Shown: piece by piece, positions 1 through 12,300 of the stretch
How the letters are laid out: each line of letters starts with the position of its first letter
How positions within the stretch are numbered: the first letter of the stretch is position 1
Assembly (NCBI GenBank): GCA_951406725.2
Contig: OX597830.1
Span: 68,014,001 to 68,078,000 of the forward strand
DNA: 64,000 bases
Direction: 5' to 3'
Source: Octopus vulgaris
Taxonomy: Eukaryota
Program-made: the position numbers and the translations under genes
The notes under the pieces: model-generated
Database searches by the model: none
Told to the model about the DNA's origin: nothing
What the model saw: only the letters and a program-made list of their open reading frames with translations

Positions 1-664
1 ATTAACGTTTCTGATGCTACAATCCAATACCAAGAAGAGTTATCAGAATTACAACATGATGAATCAGTGAAGACTTTGTTTAAATTGAAAGGTACAAAGA
101 TGTGGCTATATGACGAGGTTGAAAGAAAATATCCTAAAATTTCTACATCAGCGAGAGAGCTACTGATTCCTTTCCCTTCGTCTTATTTGGTCGAATGTGG
201 TTTTAGTGCAGTTGATAATTTGCTCGAAGCCAAGAGAAACCGGCTTGAGATTACAAAACGTGGCGATTTACGACTGAAATTAACAAAGTTGTCTCCTCAA
301 ATTAAAAACTTGTGCTGTATGCATCAGGCACAGGGTTCTCACTAAATTAGTCGAGCTGACCGTCAAATAATTGAACTGAAAAAACGTGTTTCTTTATTCT
401 TTATAAATTGACATTTTTTAAAAACATGAGAAATCGTAATAATTTTATCGATTTATTGGGTGTTATGCACTTTCAGTGCCTGTTGTTTCAATTCTCAAAC
501 TATTTTTTTGTATTTTGAATAAATTTTTTAAATTTTTGATTTTTTTTCAATTGTAAGTAGGCCCACATGTACTTGTAAATGTGAGTGGACATGGGAAAAG
601 GTGGGGCGTAAAAACTTTTGCTATGAAAAAGTGGGGCGCCGGGAAAAAAGGTTGGGAAACACTG
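1..664 (+). mobile_element. 3' end of hAT (Buster/Charlie-type) DNA transposon: transposase C-terminal dimerisation domain plus right TIR
   Basis: ORF 67-345 has LLIPFPSSYLVECGFSAV...KRNRL...GDLRLKLTKLSPQIK..HQAQGSH (hATC/Buster C-terminus). Ends in AGGTTGGGAAACACTG (reverse complement CAGTGTTTCCCAACC), followed by the 8-mer CCTTAGAT with central TA, as in Buster target sites. Confidence 0.85.
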
Positions 665-671
665 CCTTAGA

Positions 672-2190
672 TGATAATTGGAATTCCTATGGGACAATCT
701 ACTGGGGGACACAAACCAAATTTGTGGCTGGTGCAAAATCCCAGCTAGGCTGCGGGTGACATGGTGGTGGAACAAGGCATTGGACAGTGCTATAAAAGCA
801 AGACAACAGACCTGGAAAAACTAGAAAAATGCTGGAAGTAGAGAATTATATCAGATAGCCAGAAGGGCAGCTAGGCATCAGATTTACATAACAAAAGGAA
901 TAAGAGAAGGTGAAAGATTTGCAAATGTTCTACATTGTGAGGATCAGAGGCGTGAAGTGTTCAGGATTGCAAAGCAGTGCAAAGATGTGGTGGGTGAGAA
1001 ATGTGTGCGAATAGATAATGGTATGCCTGCACTTAGTGACTCAGAGAAGATGCGTGGAAGTGCCACTGTGAAAGGTAACTAAATGTGGAAAAAGAATGAC
1101 AGAAGGAGAGTCTTTCAAATACTGAACCAATTGAAGGACCAGACATCAAAGATGATATCAGTGTGATAGGGAAATTAAGGATATGAAGGCCTGGGAAGCC
1201 CCTGGACCATCGAGTATCACTTCCGAGAAGATTAAAATATCCGGTGGTGTGCGATACACCCAAATCACTCACATAGTCAGTAAGTATATTCAGGAAAGCA
1301 TCATCCCTATGACTGGTATAGTAATATTATAGATAGCTGCTAAAGGTGATACATTAGCTAGAAACAACTACAAAGGTATCAGACTGCTGGACCATTTTCT
1401 GAAAATTATAATGAGAGTTATAGCTGAAGTGATTAGAAATAGAATTAAACTAGATGAGATGCAGTTTCGTTTTGTACTTTGGAAGAGTACCACAGATGCC
1501 ATCTTTCTAGTGAGACAAATGCAGAAAAAGTATTTGGCTAAAAGTAAGCCATTATACTTAGCTTTCGTCGTCCTGAAGAAAGCTTTCGAGAACGTCTCCT
1601 GCTCTGTTATCTGGTGGTCTCTAAGGAAGCTAAGAGCCATACAAGCCATGTCCAGGGGTGCTGTCAGTAAGGTGAGAGTCAGCAATGAATACAATGATGA
1701 ATTTAGAGTACATATAGGGTTTCACCAGAGCTCACTCTCTAGTCCTCTCCTATTAATCATAGTCCTTCAGACCCTGATGATTAATTCAAAACTGGATGCT
1801 CATGGGAACTGCTATACACTGATTATCTCACTATTATTGCAGAATCTGTTGCAGAATTGGAGAAGAAATTCCAGGTATGGAATCAAAGGACCATAACATT
1901 AACCTAGATATGACCAGAATTGTTGTTAGCAAAAGAGCAGATAAGACTATATTTCTGTCAAATAATGACCCTGATGAATATGTGGAGTGAAAGTAATTCC
2001 ATTCGCTGCATCCAGTGGAAGCTTGGGATACATAAGTAATGCAGTGGAATCACAGGTAGATTAACAGATAAGGTCATCTTCATTTGTGGTAGATATACAA
2101 GAACAATAAGCACTAAGAGCACACTTAGACGCTCTCTCAAATGCCCAGGAGGCTCTCTTGAGGTACTAAATAGTTTCTGTTACTCAGTGG
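672..2190 (+). mobile_element. Degraded RTE-clade LINE, reverse transcriptase region
   Basis: ORF 1411-1896 (LDEMQFRF...STTDAIFLVRQMQKKYLAKSKPLYLAFVVLKKAF) and an upstream GKPPGPS motif; many stops and frameshifts. Boundaries approximate. Confidence 0.8.
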
Positions 2191-2528
2191 ATATGTGATA
2201 CGTATGAATGAAGACAGCCACATCTTCTCTACAGCAGTACATCCGTTTTTGCCCTAATTCTTGATCACGCTCTCTCCCTCCTTCTCTTGCTGTTACCTCT
2301 TGTTAGGTAACCATTTATCTCCTTTACAGCAGCGCACGTTTCTATCCTCTTTCCTGTTAATACTCTCCACCTCCCTCTCTCCCTCTGGGTAACCGTGTAT
2401 CTTCTCCGCTCCGACTATAAGTAACCATCTATCTCCATTACAGCAGCTCACCGATTACTATTTTCTTTCTTGATAACCCTCTTTCCCACCTCTCCCCTCT
2501 CTCTTTCTTTCATTCTCTTTCTCTCTTT

Positions 2529-2564
<36 letters not shown>

Positions 2565-2659
2565 GGCTGGGTAATCATGTGGCTCCTTTACAGCAAGATA
2601 CCTGTTTCTGTCTCTCTGTCTCACTGTCATGCCCTAACTTGCAAAGATACACGATGACC

Positions 2660-2960
2660 CTACTGGTACCACTCAAAAGGTATCTTATCCTCACTGTAAA
2701 AGGATTGGCATTTGGAAGGGCTTCCAGCTGTAAAAACCATGCCAAAACTGGTCTCGCTTGTGCTGCTGTCACATAAAAAGCACCCAGCCTTCTCTGCAGG
2801 GTGGTAGGTATAAGGAAGAGCATCCAGCTCTGAAAACCATGACAAAAACACACACAAAAGTACAGTGCAGGCTTGTCTGGTCAGCTGCTGTCAAGCTGTC
2901 CAACCTATGCCAGCATGGAAGGAGAACGTTAAACGATGGAGATGATGAGCAGGATGACTG
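2660..2960 (+). mobile_element. RTE-type LINE/SINE 3' tail fragment
   Basis: GGAAGGGCTTCCAGCTGTAAAAACCATGCC...GCATGGAAGGAGAACGTTAAACGATGGAGATGATGA. The same tail recurs inverted at ~17130-17290 and ~61850-61990. Confidence 0.6.
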
Positions 2961-3385
2961 AAGAGTTGTGAGAGTTTAATAGGTCAGCAATTTTTTAGTA
3001 TTGAAGAGTGAGTGCGACTGTAGATTATTTTGTTTGCGGCTGTTGATTGGATAGGTTAATAGATTATCAGTTTTGTTAGTATTGTGTAGTGAAGAATGTC
3101 ATTAGCTCTAAGGCAGTTGGGGGTAATAGTAAATTAATAAAGTCAAATACACATTCCATCTCCTATTTTATTAAGATATATAAATATAGTGACCGCGTGT
3201 GTATCGTTGGCGATTTTTTCCTTCGTCTTCCCTTCCTTGGATCTTTCATTTTCCTATGTTATTACAGAGTAGTTTTCGGTATGGAAATATAACCATTATC
3301 GGTAGGAACTTTTACAAAAAGTTCTTTATATATATATATATACATATATATACTTTATTTTAAGCAGCAGAAAATTCAACAAAAT

Positions 3386-3423
3386 CTGTTACTCTGAGTT
3401 TCTCGTTGCCGTTCATCAGACAG
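3386..3423 (-). ncRNA. Minimal type I hammerhead ribozyme motif (Penelope-associated), slightly degenerate
   Basis: Minus strand reads CTGT-CTGATGA-ACGGCAACGA-GAAA-CTCAGAG-TA-ACAG: intact core, stem I CTGT/ACAG, GCAA-capped stem II with a mismatched first pair, palindromic stem III. Confidence 0.55.
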
Positions 3424-3514
3424 TTTTTCTCCTGCTTAAAATAAAGCATATTACTCTACCACTGGTATTTGAGTACTCTTTTTTCTACCTTGTTTCACAT
3501 TTATGTGTTTACTC

Positions 3515-3589
<75 letters not shown>

Positions 3590-3918
3590 AGCAAGAGGTT
3601 GCTTAGTCACATACCGAAAATTTAGAAATAGCAGTCAATACCGAAAACTACTCGGTAATAATTGTTGATTTTAGAATTAATAATTATTTACCCTTATATT
3701 ATTAATAATAGAATTTTTCACTCCCTTATGACAAACCACGGTTCTCTTTCTGAGGAACTATTTTTGTAACACACATGGTAATTTGGGAGGGAAAATACGA
3801 ATTCATTCGTCTATATGGATTTGGCTTGTGCTGACTATCTTCTGCTATCTCCGATGGCACGAGATCGGGATGCAAGAGGTAGGTAAATAGCATTTGCAAA
3901 TCTATAATCTAATGGAAT

Positions 3919-3977
3919 GTTGCGCTGAAGACGGGAATGAGTTATCTATAATTCTAACCCAGAAACACGTCTGTAAC
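3919..3977 (+). ncRNA. Minimal type I hammerhead ribozyme motif (Penelope-associated)
   Basis: GTTGCG-CTGAAGA-CGGG...CCCA-GAAA-CAC-GTC-TGTAAC: core CTGANGA/GAAA/GTC, stem I GTTGCG/TGTAAC with G-U pairs, very short stem III. Confidence 0.5.
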
Positions 3978-4135
3978 TGACCAAAAGACTTTGTTTTCGT
4001 TATTTTCCCTTCTTTTTACATATGTGAGTTACATGTATATGTTATATGTGGAGTTATATTGGTAGAAAATAGAAATAAGGAGTTTTTGACTGCTATTTCT
4101 AAATTTTCGGTGTGTGGCTAAGCAACCTGTATGCT

Positions 4136-4179
<44 letters not shown>

Positions 4180-4329
4180 AAAGAACTTTTTGTAAAAGTT
4201 TCTACCGATAATGGTTATATTTCCATACCGAAAACTACTCGGTAATAATTGTTGATTTTAAAATTAATAATTATTTACCCTTATATTATATTATATATAC
4301 ATACAAAGATACACTCACGTTCATATATA

Positions 4330-6950
4330 TAGATTAGGATTTGGGTGAATCAGGCATTTAAAGTCATTTCTGTGTTAGACCTAAAAGAGAAGGGGGAGCT
4401 TGGAAGCGAACAAAAATACAGGGCTCTGAACAGCAAGTATAATATTGAAACAAAGGGCCTGAAAGTGGTAATGGAGGAACTGAAACAGCGCCTCGTTGCA
4501 ATGAAAGCAAAAATGGTAAGATACGACCAAGGAAGGAAGGGATATCATCAGAATAGATTATTCAGAGTAGATCAGAAGAGATTCTATAAAGAAATAAATG
4601 GAGAGTGTACGGAGGAAAAGTTGATACCAGATAACAATGAAAGGCAAAGGTTTTAGAGTGACATCTGGAGCAAAGACAAGGAGCACAAGGGCGCTGGATT
4701 GCTGCAAGAACTGAAATAAACAGTAGTCTGTCCAAAACAGGCAGAACTAGTCATTTCAATTAGGGAAGTGAAGGAAATCAGCAAAAAAATGAGCAACTGG
4801 AAGGCCCCAGGACCAGATGGAGTTCAAGGCTACTGGATCAAAAGATTTGGTGAATGTCATACACGAATAGCTGCACAACTCAACACCTTGTTAAATGCCA
4901 ACCAAGTAACACCAGAATGGTTGACAATGGGTAGGATAGTCCTGTGCTTGAAAAATATCGGAAAAGACAATACGGTGGGCAATTACAGGCTGATATCCTG
5001 TTTGCCACTTATGTGATAATTATTGGCTGGAATAGTCGGAGAGGCAATATACAGACACCCTGAAAAAATGGAGTCCTGCTACATGAGAAGAAGGGTTGCA
5101 AGTGTATGTACAGATGTACTAAGGATCAACTTCTGGTGAACAAAACTGTACTTAGAGACTACAAGAAAAGGAAAACTAACTTAGCTATGTCATGGATCAA
5201 CTATCGTAAGGCATACAATATGATCCCACATTCTTGGATCATGGAGTGTATGAACCTATTTGGTATTGCATTGAATGTTGAGCGATTGCTTGGAAAAAGT
5301 ATGGCGAAGTGGGGGACAGACCTGACAGCATATGGAAGAAGTTTATGGACAATAGAAACCACGAGAGGCATCTTCCAGGGGGACTTCCTATCCTCACTGA
5401 TCTTTGTAATGTGCTTGATACCACTAACACTGATACTGAGGAAACCAAAGGCTAGGTATGTATTCAAAAGCCGCCAACAAAAATTCAACCATTTGTTATT
5501 CATGGATGACCTCAAACTTTATGGTAAAGAGGAATCCTAAATCAGTTCTCGTTGATACTTTCAGTGCTGATATCAGAATGGAGTTCAGAATGAAAAAAAT
5601 GTGGTGCGTTAGTCTTGAAGAGAGGCAAAATCAAATGTATGGACGGGCTATCTATACCGTCGGGGGAGGTTGGGAAGCAGATAAAAGAGACGAACTTCAG
5701 GATTGGAAATGGATAAACTGACTGAGAATGAAATGACAGAAAAATTTAAGGTGGAGTACTTGCGCAGACTGAGACTGATCCTTAAGTCTAAATTAAACGG
5801 ACGGAATAAGATTGAAGCTATCAACACGTGGGCGGTTTCACTCCTTAGATATGGAGTAGGGGTAATTGCATGGACAGTAGACAAACTAAACACCTCAGGC
5901 AGAAAAACAAGGAAGTTGCTAACTAGATATGGGACACTCCACCCAAAAAGTGACACAGACTGTATGTACCAAAAAAAGTGGGGAAGAGGACTGATTGGAT
6001 GTGAACATAGCATTGGAGCAGAAGAAAACAACATAACATGGTATGTAAAAAATGCCACAGAACCGCGATAATTAGAAGAAGGTCAGGCTTGAGTAGGATG
6101 AAAGATTGCAATGATAAAGCAGTGTACAAGCACTTGAGAATGAATGAAACTGAAAATTGGAGGATAAAGAAAAGAATGCATGGATAATTTCATAGGGATG
6201 TTAAAGATAAGATAGACAGAAAAAAGGTGGCTATGGATGACTAAAAGTAATTTAAAACCGGAAACAGAGGCTCTAACCTGTGCTGCCCAAGATCAAGTAT
6301 TTAGAACCAATTACATCAAATACAGAATAGGCAACATATAAAAAGTGGTAAGTGCAGAATTTGTGGACAAAATGGTAAAACCGTATGGCATATTACCAGT
6401 CAATGTACGCCACTAGCCCAGAAGGAATATAAGAGACGTCATGACAATATAGCAAGGATTGTCCATTAGACACTTTGCAACAAGTATGAACTTGACAGGG
6501 CAAAAATTGGTATGAGCATAAACCCGAAAGCATCATCGAAAATGATAATGCAAAGATCCTGTGAGATTTTATGATTCAGTGCGACCATGAGATAGAGAAT
6601 AGAAAGCCAGGCATAGTCTTAATTGAGGAAGACAACAAACTATGCTGGATCGTAGATATAGCATGCCCAGCTGATAACAAGATATGCGATAAGGAAGAAA
6701 AAGTCGATAGATATGCTAGGCTAGCTTGGGAGGTTAAGAAGTTGTAGTCACTGAAAAATGTACTAATAATTTTCGGAGCCCTGAGAAGAGTGAATAAAAA
6801 TCTTGAGGAGTACATGGAACAAATAGGGGCTGCAATGAGGGTGGAGCACTTGCAGAAAACATCACTGCTAGGAACTGCTCGAATACTCCAGATGGGGCTC
6901 GAAAAATAAGGGGTGTTACTTTAGTTCACTGGTAGTTCACTGGTAGTTCT
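4330..6950 (+). mobile_element. R4/Dong-like non-LTR retrotransposon (RT plus C-terminal restriction-like endonuclease), 5'-truncated and degraded
   Basis: Consecutive ORF pieces WKAPGPDGVQGYWIK, TKDQLLVNK, RGIFQGD, NHLLFMDDLKLYGK, LNGRNKIEAINTWAV, then CRIC...RRHDNIAR and RKPGIVLIEE..CWIVDIACPAD. Confidence 0.8.
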
Positions 6951-7400
6951 TAATTATAATTGCTTTTCATATATCATAAGCATAATGTTTTGATAAATGT
7001 TTACTATATTTAATAAATAGATATAACATAAAATATTTGTTTCTAACTGTCATAACGTAGAGTTCATATGTTTATTTTTTTACTCTTCTGTTATCCAATG
7101 ATGTCACAAATAGTTGAACACAAAAATTTCTTAGATTATAATTCTTCTTAACGTTCTTTTTGTACGTGTTCTTGTACTGGAGATATTTTCTTAGTTCACT
7201 TTGAATTTAACTAGCTTTGGCTCGAATTGAAAACATTGTATTAACATGTATGTTCGGACAAATTGATTTGAATGATATATTTTATAGCTAAACATGTTGG
7301 CACAACAGAAACGATCATCAGCTTCTGTAAGGTGAATTCAACGATTAAAAACGGGATTTTCTCTATATCTTTATTGATACACACATCTCTACACACACAC

Positions 7401-7459
<59 letters not shown>

Positions 7460-7462
7460 AGT

Positions 7463-7735
7463 GGAGGCGCAATCGCCCAGTGGTTAGGGCAGCGGACTCG
7501 CGGTCGTAGGATCGCGGTTTCGATTCCCAGACCGGGCGTTGTGAGTGTTTATTGAGCGAAAACACCTAAAAGCTCCACGAGGCTCCGGCAGGGGGTGGTG
7601 ATCCCTGCTGTACTCTTTCACCACTCTTTCTGTCACTCTTTCGTCTGTTGGCCTGCTCGCATTCGAAGGCTAAAGCAACGCGAATGCATGGTGACCAGCG
7701 ATGTATAGCAACATCTGATGGTCTGGTCGGTCACG
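7463..7735 (+). mobile_element. tRNA-derived SINE (Arg-like head)
   Basis: GGCGCAATCGCCCAGTGGTTAGGGCAGCGGACTCGCGGTCGTAGGATCGCGGTTTCGATTCCC has A/B boxes followed by a non-tRNA body; it sits next to a (CA)n(TA)n tract. Confidence 0.8.
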
Positions 7736-8013
7736 GGAGAAAATAAACAGCTTCAGACAATGCAGAAAGTTTAGTAAAACCTTTACATTTCACGTACAAA
7801 GGCCCATCTTCAGAATAAAAGAACAATCTGAATTTCTCTTAGACAATTCTTTTCTTCTGAAGATGGCTTTGGCACCTGAAATATAAAGATTTTATTAAAC
7901 CTTCTGCATTGACAGAACTTTCTTTTTCTCTCTTTTTACATTCTTCGATATTACAATGTTTCAAGCGAACTACAACGCTTTTATGCACATACACACACAC
8001 ACACGCACACGCA

Positions 8014-8056
<43 letters not shown>

Positions 8057-8951
8057 TCTACTAATAATGATGTTAAAAATGGTTTAGTTCAGTAACATGT
8101 GTTTCTAGGAATGTTGTTGGTTTTATTTTCATTTTAGTTCATGGTTCTTGCTTTGAAGACGCCCTAATTTTAAACAAATTTTTACAGATCAATTTTTAAA
8201 CACTGCTCCCTCATCCTCGGAAGCATATATACAGGGTTCAAATTTTTATTTTGCACACACCAAAATTGTTAGCAGGTGCACTTGCCCCCTGTGCACCTCC
8301 TGTTCCCAGTCTCTTATAAACAACAAAATTTAGAACAAGTAAACCACAAACCACAAATTCATGATACTTTATAGATTGCAATGAAGGTAAGAGCAACGCA
8401 GGAGGAGTTAACAACAGCTTCTTTGGATTGATGTTTGATGTTAACTTGAGAATTATTTTCTTTTTCATTGAAATGAATGAATGGAGAGAGAGAGAGAGAG
8501 AGAAAGAAAGAAAGAAAGAAAGAGTGAGAGAGAGAAGGAGGAGATGGTAAAGTGGTTAACATTCATGTGTTGAGTTCAAATCCACTGTTGAGACATGTGT
8601 TTCTATGTACATAACTTTATTTTATATTGTCACAACTCGGCTCTAAGGAATTAGTACCAAAACAATTTAGTTCAGTCTCAGACCAGAAAAAACAGTTGAC
8701 ACTATCTATTTTACTTTTGTCATTGAAATTTGGTTCTGATAATGTCACTATAAATCATCCCTGAAATGTGTTACAGCTAAGCTCACATTAAATTCGTTTT
8801 ATATAATGCCTTTATTTACAGGGAGACAACGTTATTGGATAGTATGTGTGTGTTTTAAAGGAATTTTCAAAATATTTGTTCATTCTTAGATAACTTCTTA
8901 TTTGAAGATCTAATTTTAATGAATTCTTTAAATTTCTTCTTTTATTATCAG

Positions 8952-9040
8952 GGATCTGGTGGAGCAGCAGACGTTATGGCAACTGTTTACCGAAAATCAT
9001 TTGGATATCTAAAGGAAGAGCATACACAGTTAGATAGACG
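8952..9040 (+). CDS. TRPM: TRPM-family channel exon (N-terminal MHR1/2, SLOG-like GSGGAAD motif): GSGGAADVMATVYRKSFGYLKEEHTQLDR(R)
   Basis: tttattatcag|GGATCTGGTGGAGCAGCAGAC...GATAGACG|gtttgt; 89 nt, phase 0->2. GSGGAADVMA matches the TRPM GSGxxADxxA motif and the phase fits the next exon. Family-level call only. Confidence 0.85.
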
Positions 9041-9301
9041 GTTTGTTCTTTATTTTGATCGAATAATAATTGTCATTGTGCTGAAGTGGGAGTAATTTTT
9101 TTTTCATTTAGGTGACCTAATTAGCAGGTGACCTAGTTAGCTCAGAGGAAATCTTCTCGAAATTAAATTGTGGGAAAAATTTCAGAGGTTTTACCTCTGT
9201 TACTAATCAAATGTTGTGTGCAAAATAGAAGACTGTCGTGGTTCAGTCATGTGATGCATATTGGTGAGGACAATTGCATAAAGAAGGAACTTGTAGAAGA
9301 T

Positions 9302-12300
9302 TGTTGTGGAAGAATCCTGAACACTCCCACTTGACTGTATTGATTACTTTGTTAGGGCGATGTGTTTAGGTTTAATATCGTACCCACGTTCAAGTGGCAC
9401 GGGTTCCCTGTAAACAGAATAATCCTGCAATAGGTTATTTTAGATAACCACATGTTAGATATTTATTTGGGTAATACTTTTTGACACCCTGACGTGTAAA
9501 CGCATGTCATAACATTTTTGGCGACGAGATTATTTCGAAGCTCATGCTGGGCAGATTGTTACTAGAACACGGGAAGTTCACCAGCTGCTCTAATTCAAAC
9601 AGAGCAACAAGAACAATGACAGTTGTTGTTGATACAAAAACAGCAACAAAACTAGAAACTGTAGAAGCAGCAGCATCAACGGTTGTTGGGGTTTCAGAAG
9701 CAATAGCAAATCTTAGTACAGCTAATACAGAATAAAATAGAAAATACATTCAGTTCATTCACTCCTGACATGGTCGCAAACTCCATAGGAGAACTCGCAT
9801 ATGACCTAAATGAGGGCAGTAACTTTCCTGCTTACGTTTGAAGGTATAAAGAAATTCTTAGTGAAGAAGGCTTCGACTGACAAGATGAAAAATCTCGACT
9901 CTCATTGAGAAAGTTAGGGCTAGCCGAGATGAGAAATATTGCTGTTACATATTATCAAAGAGACTGGGTGAAGTCTATTTTGAAGAAACTGTGGATACTG
10001 TATCCAAAAGTTTCAATGAAAAATTCTTTATTTGATATGCGCTGGTACTGCATAAATAATACAAAAAAGAGGACGATGATTTTATTACATATGCTGAAAT
10101 TGTTATAAGGGAATGCGAGAGATTTAAAATCAATGAATTACCAAAATTCTTAATTTTCATAGACGGTTTAATGGCAAAGGAAGATGCAAAAATTTGTAAC
10201 TGAATTCTGACTAAATTTGAGCAGAATCAGAAGCTAACACTACAAGGAATAGCTGGGGAATGCTGGAGAATAATAAACTTAAGACATGATAGGAAACAAA
10301 TTGAAGTGATTAACTGCTCTTATATACAGTAATGAAAAGCAGAAAACTAATCCTTATAAAAATCTAAAATGCTTCAAGTATGGTAAAATAGGTCTTACAA
10401 AATCACACTGGACTCCCGTCCACCAAACAATAAACTAGAAAAGAGTTCAATAGAAAAATAATGTCACCACTTTTACGGCGACATGAAATACAAATGAGAC
10501 GCAAAGGAAATTTATGGATGTAAAAATTAATAAGAAATGTAAAATAACAACTAGATACAGGTAATGACTTTACTTTAATTATTGAAAACACATGGAAAAG
10601 AATCGAGAAATCTATGCTACAAAAATCCTCGAAGATTGCACGTGGTGTCTCAGGAATTAAATTAATTTCTAAAGTCAAAATTATCTGTAACGTTACATTT
10701 CGCTGTAAGATTTTAAAGGCGAAATCTTATGTATAAAAAAATACAAGCAATCTTTCTGGGATTGACTGGATGGAACTGTTTGACTTATGGGATTTGCATA
10801 TAAACAAGATTTGTAAAAATGTAATGGAGTCATACGCCAGTTCAAATACAGAGGTAGAAAGTTTTTAAAAAGAAGTGAATAAAGTAGTTCCCTGATGGTT
10901 TTTTGGACAAATAGGATCAGTGCAATAAATTCAAAGCCAAGTTTTAGGTAAAAGAAAATTCATTATTGGTTTTCAAACACACAAGTAATTTACCATTTGC
11001 AACAATGGAACAGATAAATAAAGAATTAGACAGACTGTAAAAAATGAGAGTAATTGGAAAGATTGATTACTCAGGCTGGGCGAGTTCAATAGTATATACG
11101 TTAGAAAAAAGTACAACAAAATACGTGCTTGTGCAATTTTCTCGAAAGGAGTAAGAGAATATTTAAGACAGTATTAGTGCCCGTTACCTATCCCAGAGGA
11201 AATCTTCTCGAAACTGAATTGTGGTAAATTTTTCTCGAAATTAGATCTTTCTGATGCAAATTCAAGTGGAAGATGAATGTTCTAAGCTACTAACAATTAA
11301 TACCCATAAATGTCTGTAGAAATTTACTCGGCTTCTGTTTGGCATAAAAGTTGCTCTAGCTATAATCCATCGAGTGATGGCTGTGATGCTAGCAGAGCGT
11401 GACTTCATAATGGCCTATGTGGATGATATATTAATTAAAAGTGAATCCCGAGATCAGCATGTCACGCATGTAAAATGTGTTTTTGAAAAAGTAAGAGATT
11501 ATGTTTTCAAACTGAGCGAGGAGAAATGCGAATATTAAATATTTAGGACAAAACATTGATAAAAATTGTGGTTGACCAGATCCACCGAAGGCAGATGCGA
11601 TTAAAAATATATTTCACTCCAATAAGTATGTCTACCTTACAATCCTATTATATATACCTGATAATCTATTATGAAATTTATATACTAAATATGCACAAGG
11701 TAACAGCTTTACTAAATAATCTACTAAAAAAGATGTGGAAATGGTCTGAAAATTGTCAGAAGGTTTTCGTCGAAATTAAAAGATATTATCATCAGATTTG
11801 TCTTTAACACATTTCGATCCTGCAGTGGAGATTACAGTACCTTTAGATGTCAGTGGGTACATTATCGGAGCAGTAATGCTACATAAATATGAAGATGTTA
11901 CCATCATGAAGACTGTGGCTCATGCCTCACGTTCACTGTTACAGCAGAAATAAATTACAGCCAAATCGAAAAAGAGGCTCTCGCCATTATGTTTACAGTG
12001 TAAATATTTCATAGATTTTTTAGACCTTATAAATTTTTGACTACAGACATATCATCGTCTGTTATTATCTATATATGGGTCATAGAAAGGAATACCTACC
12101 CATACTGTGAACAGATTGCAATGCTGGGGTATCATATTACTAAATTGTGATTTTTAAGGCGGAGTTCATACAATCTAAACATTTAGGACATACTGATTGT
12201 CAATATTGATACCAAAAATACTGAGCCGTTTGAAGACGCCGTGATTGCTGCGTTGGGAGCGAGAAAAGAAGTTTAAAAATATTCTATGTCATGTCACATG

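Larger units (their letters stand above)
3259..4290. repeat. Nested inverted/direct repeats in (TA)n tracts, likely Penelope-like pseudo-LTR fragments
   Basis: 3259-3330 is the reverse complement of ~4177-4248; 3584-3637 of ~4085-4143; 3638-3700 repeats directly at ~4227-4288. The blocks are separated by (TA)n and contain hammerhead motifs. Confidence 0.65.

Noticed and set aside
7288-7331. AG/GT-bounded 44-nt segment (KHVGTTETIISFCK) that would join GSGGAAD in phase
   Set aside because: It lacks the expected TRPM GG..T...PVVV motif preceding GSG and has no independent support. The true upstream exon may lie before the window.
7463-7535. tRNA-Arg-like sequence
   Set aside because: No proper acceptor stem, and it continues into a repeat body: a SINE head, not a tRNA gene.
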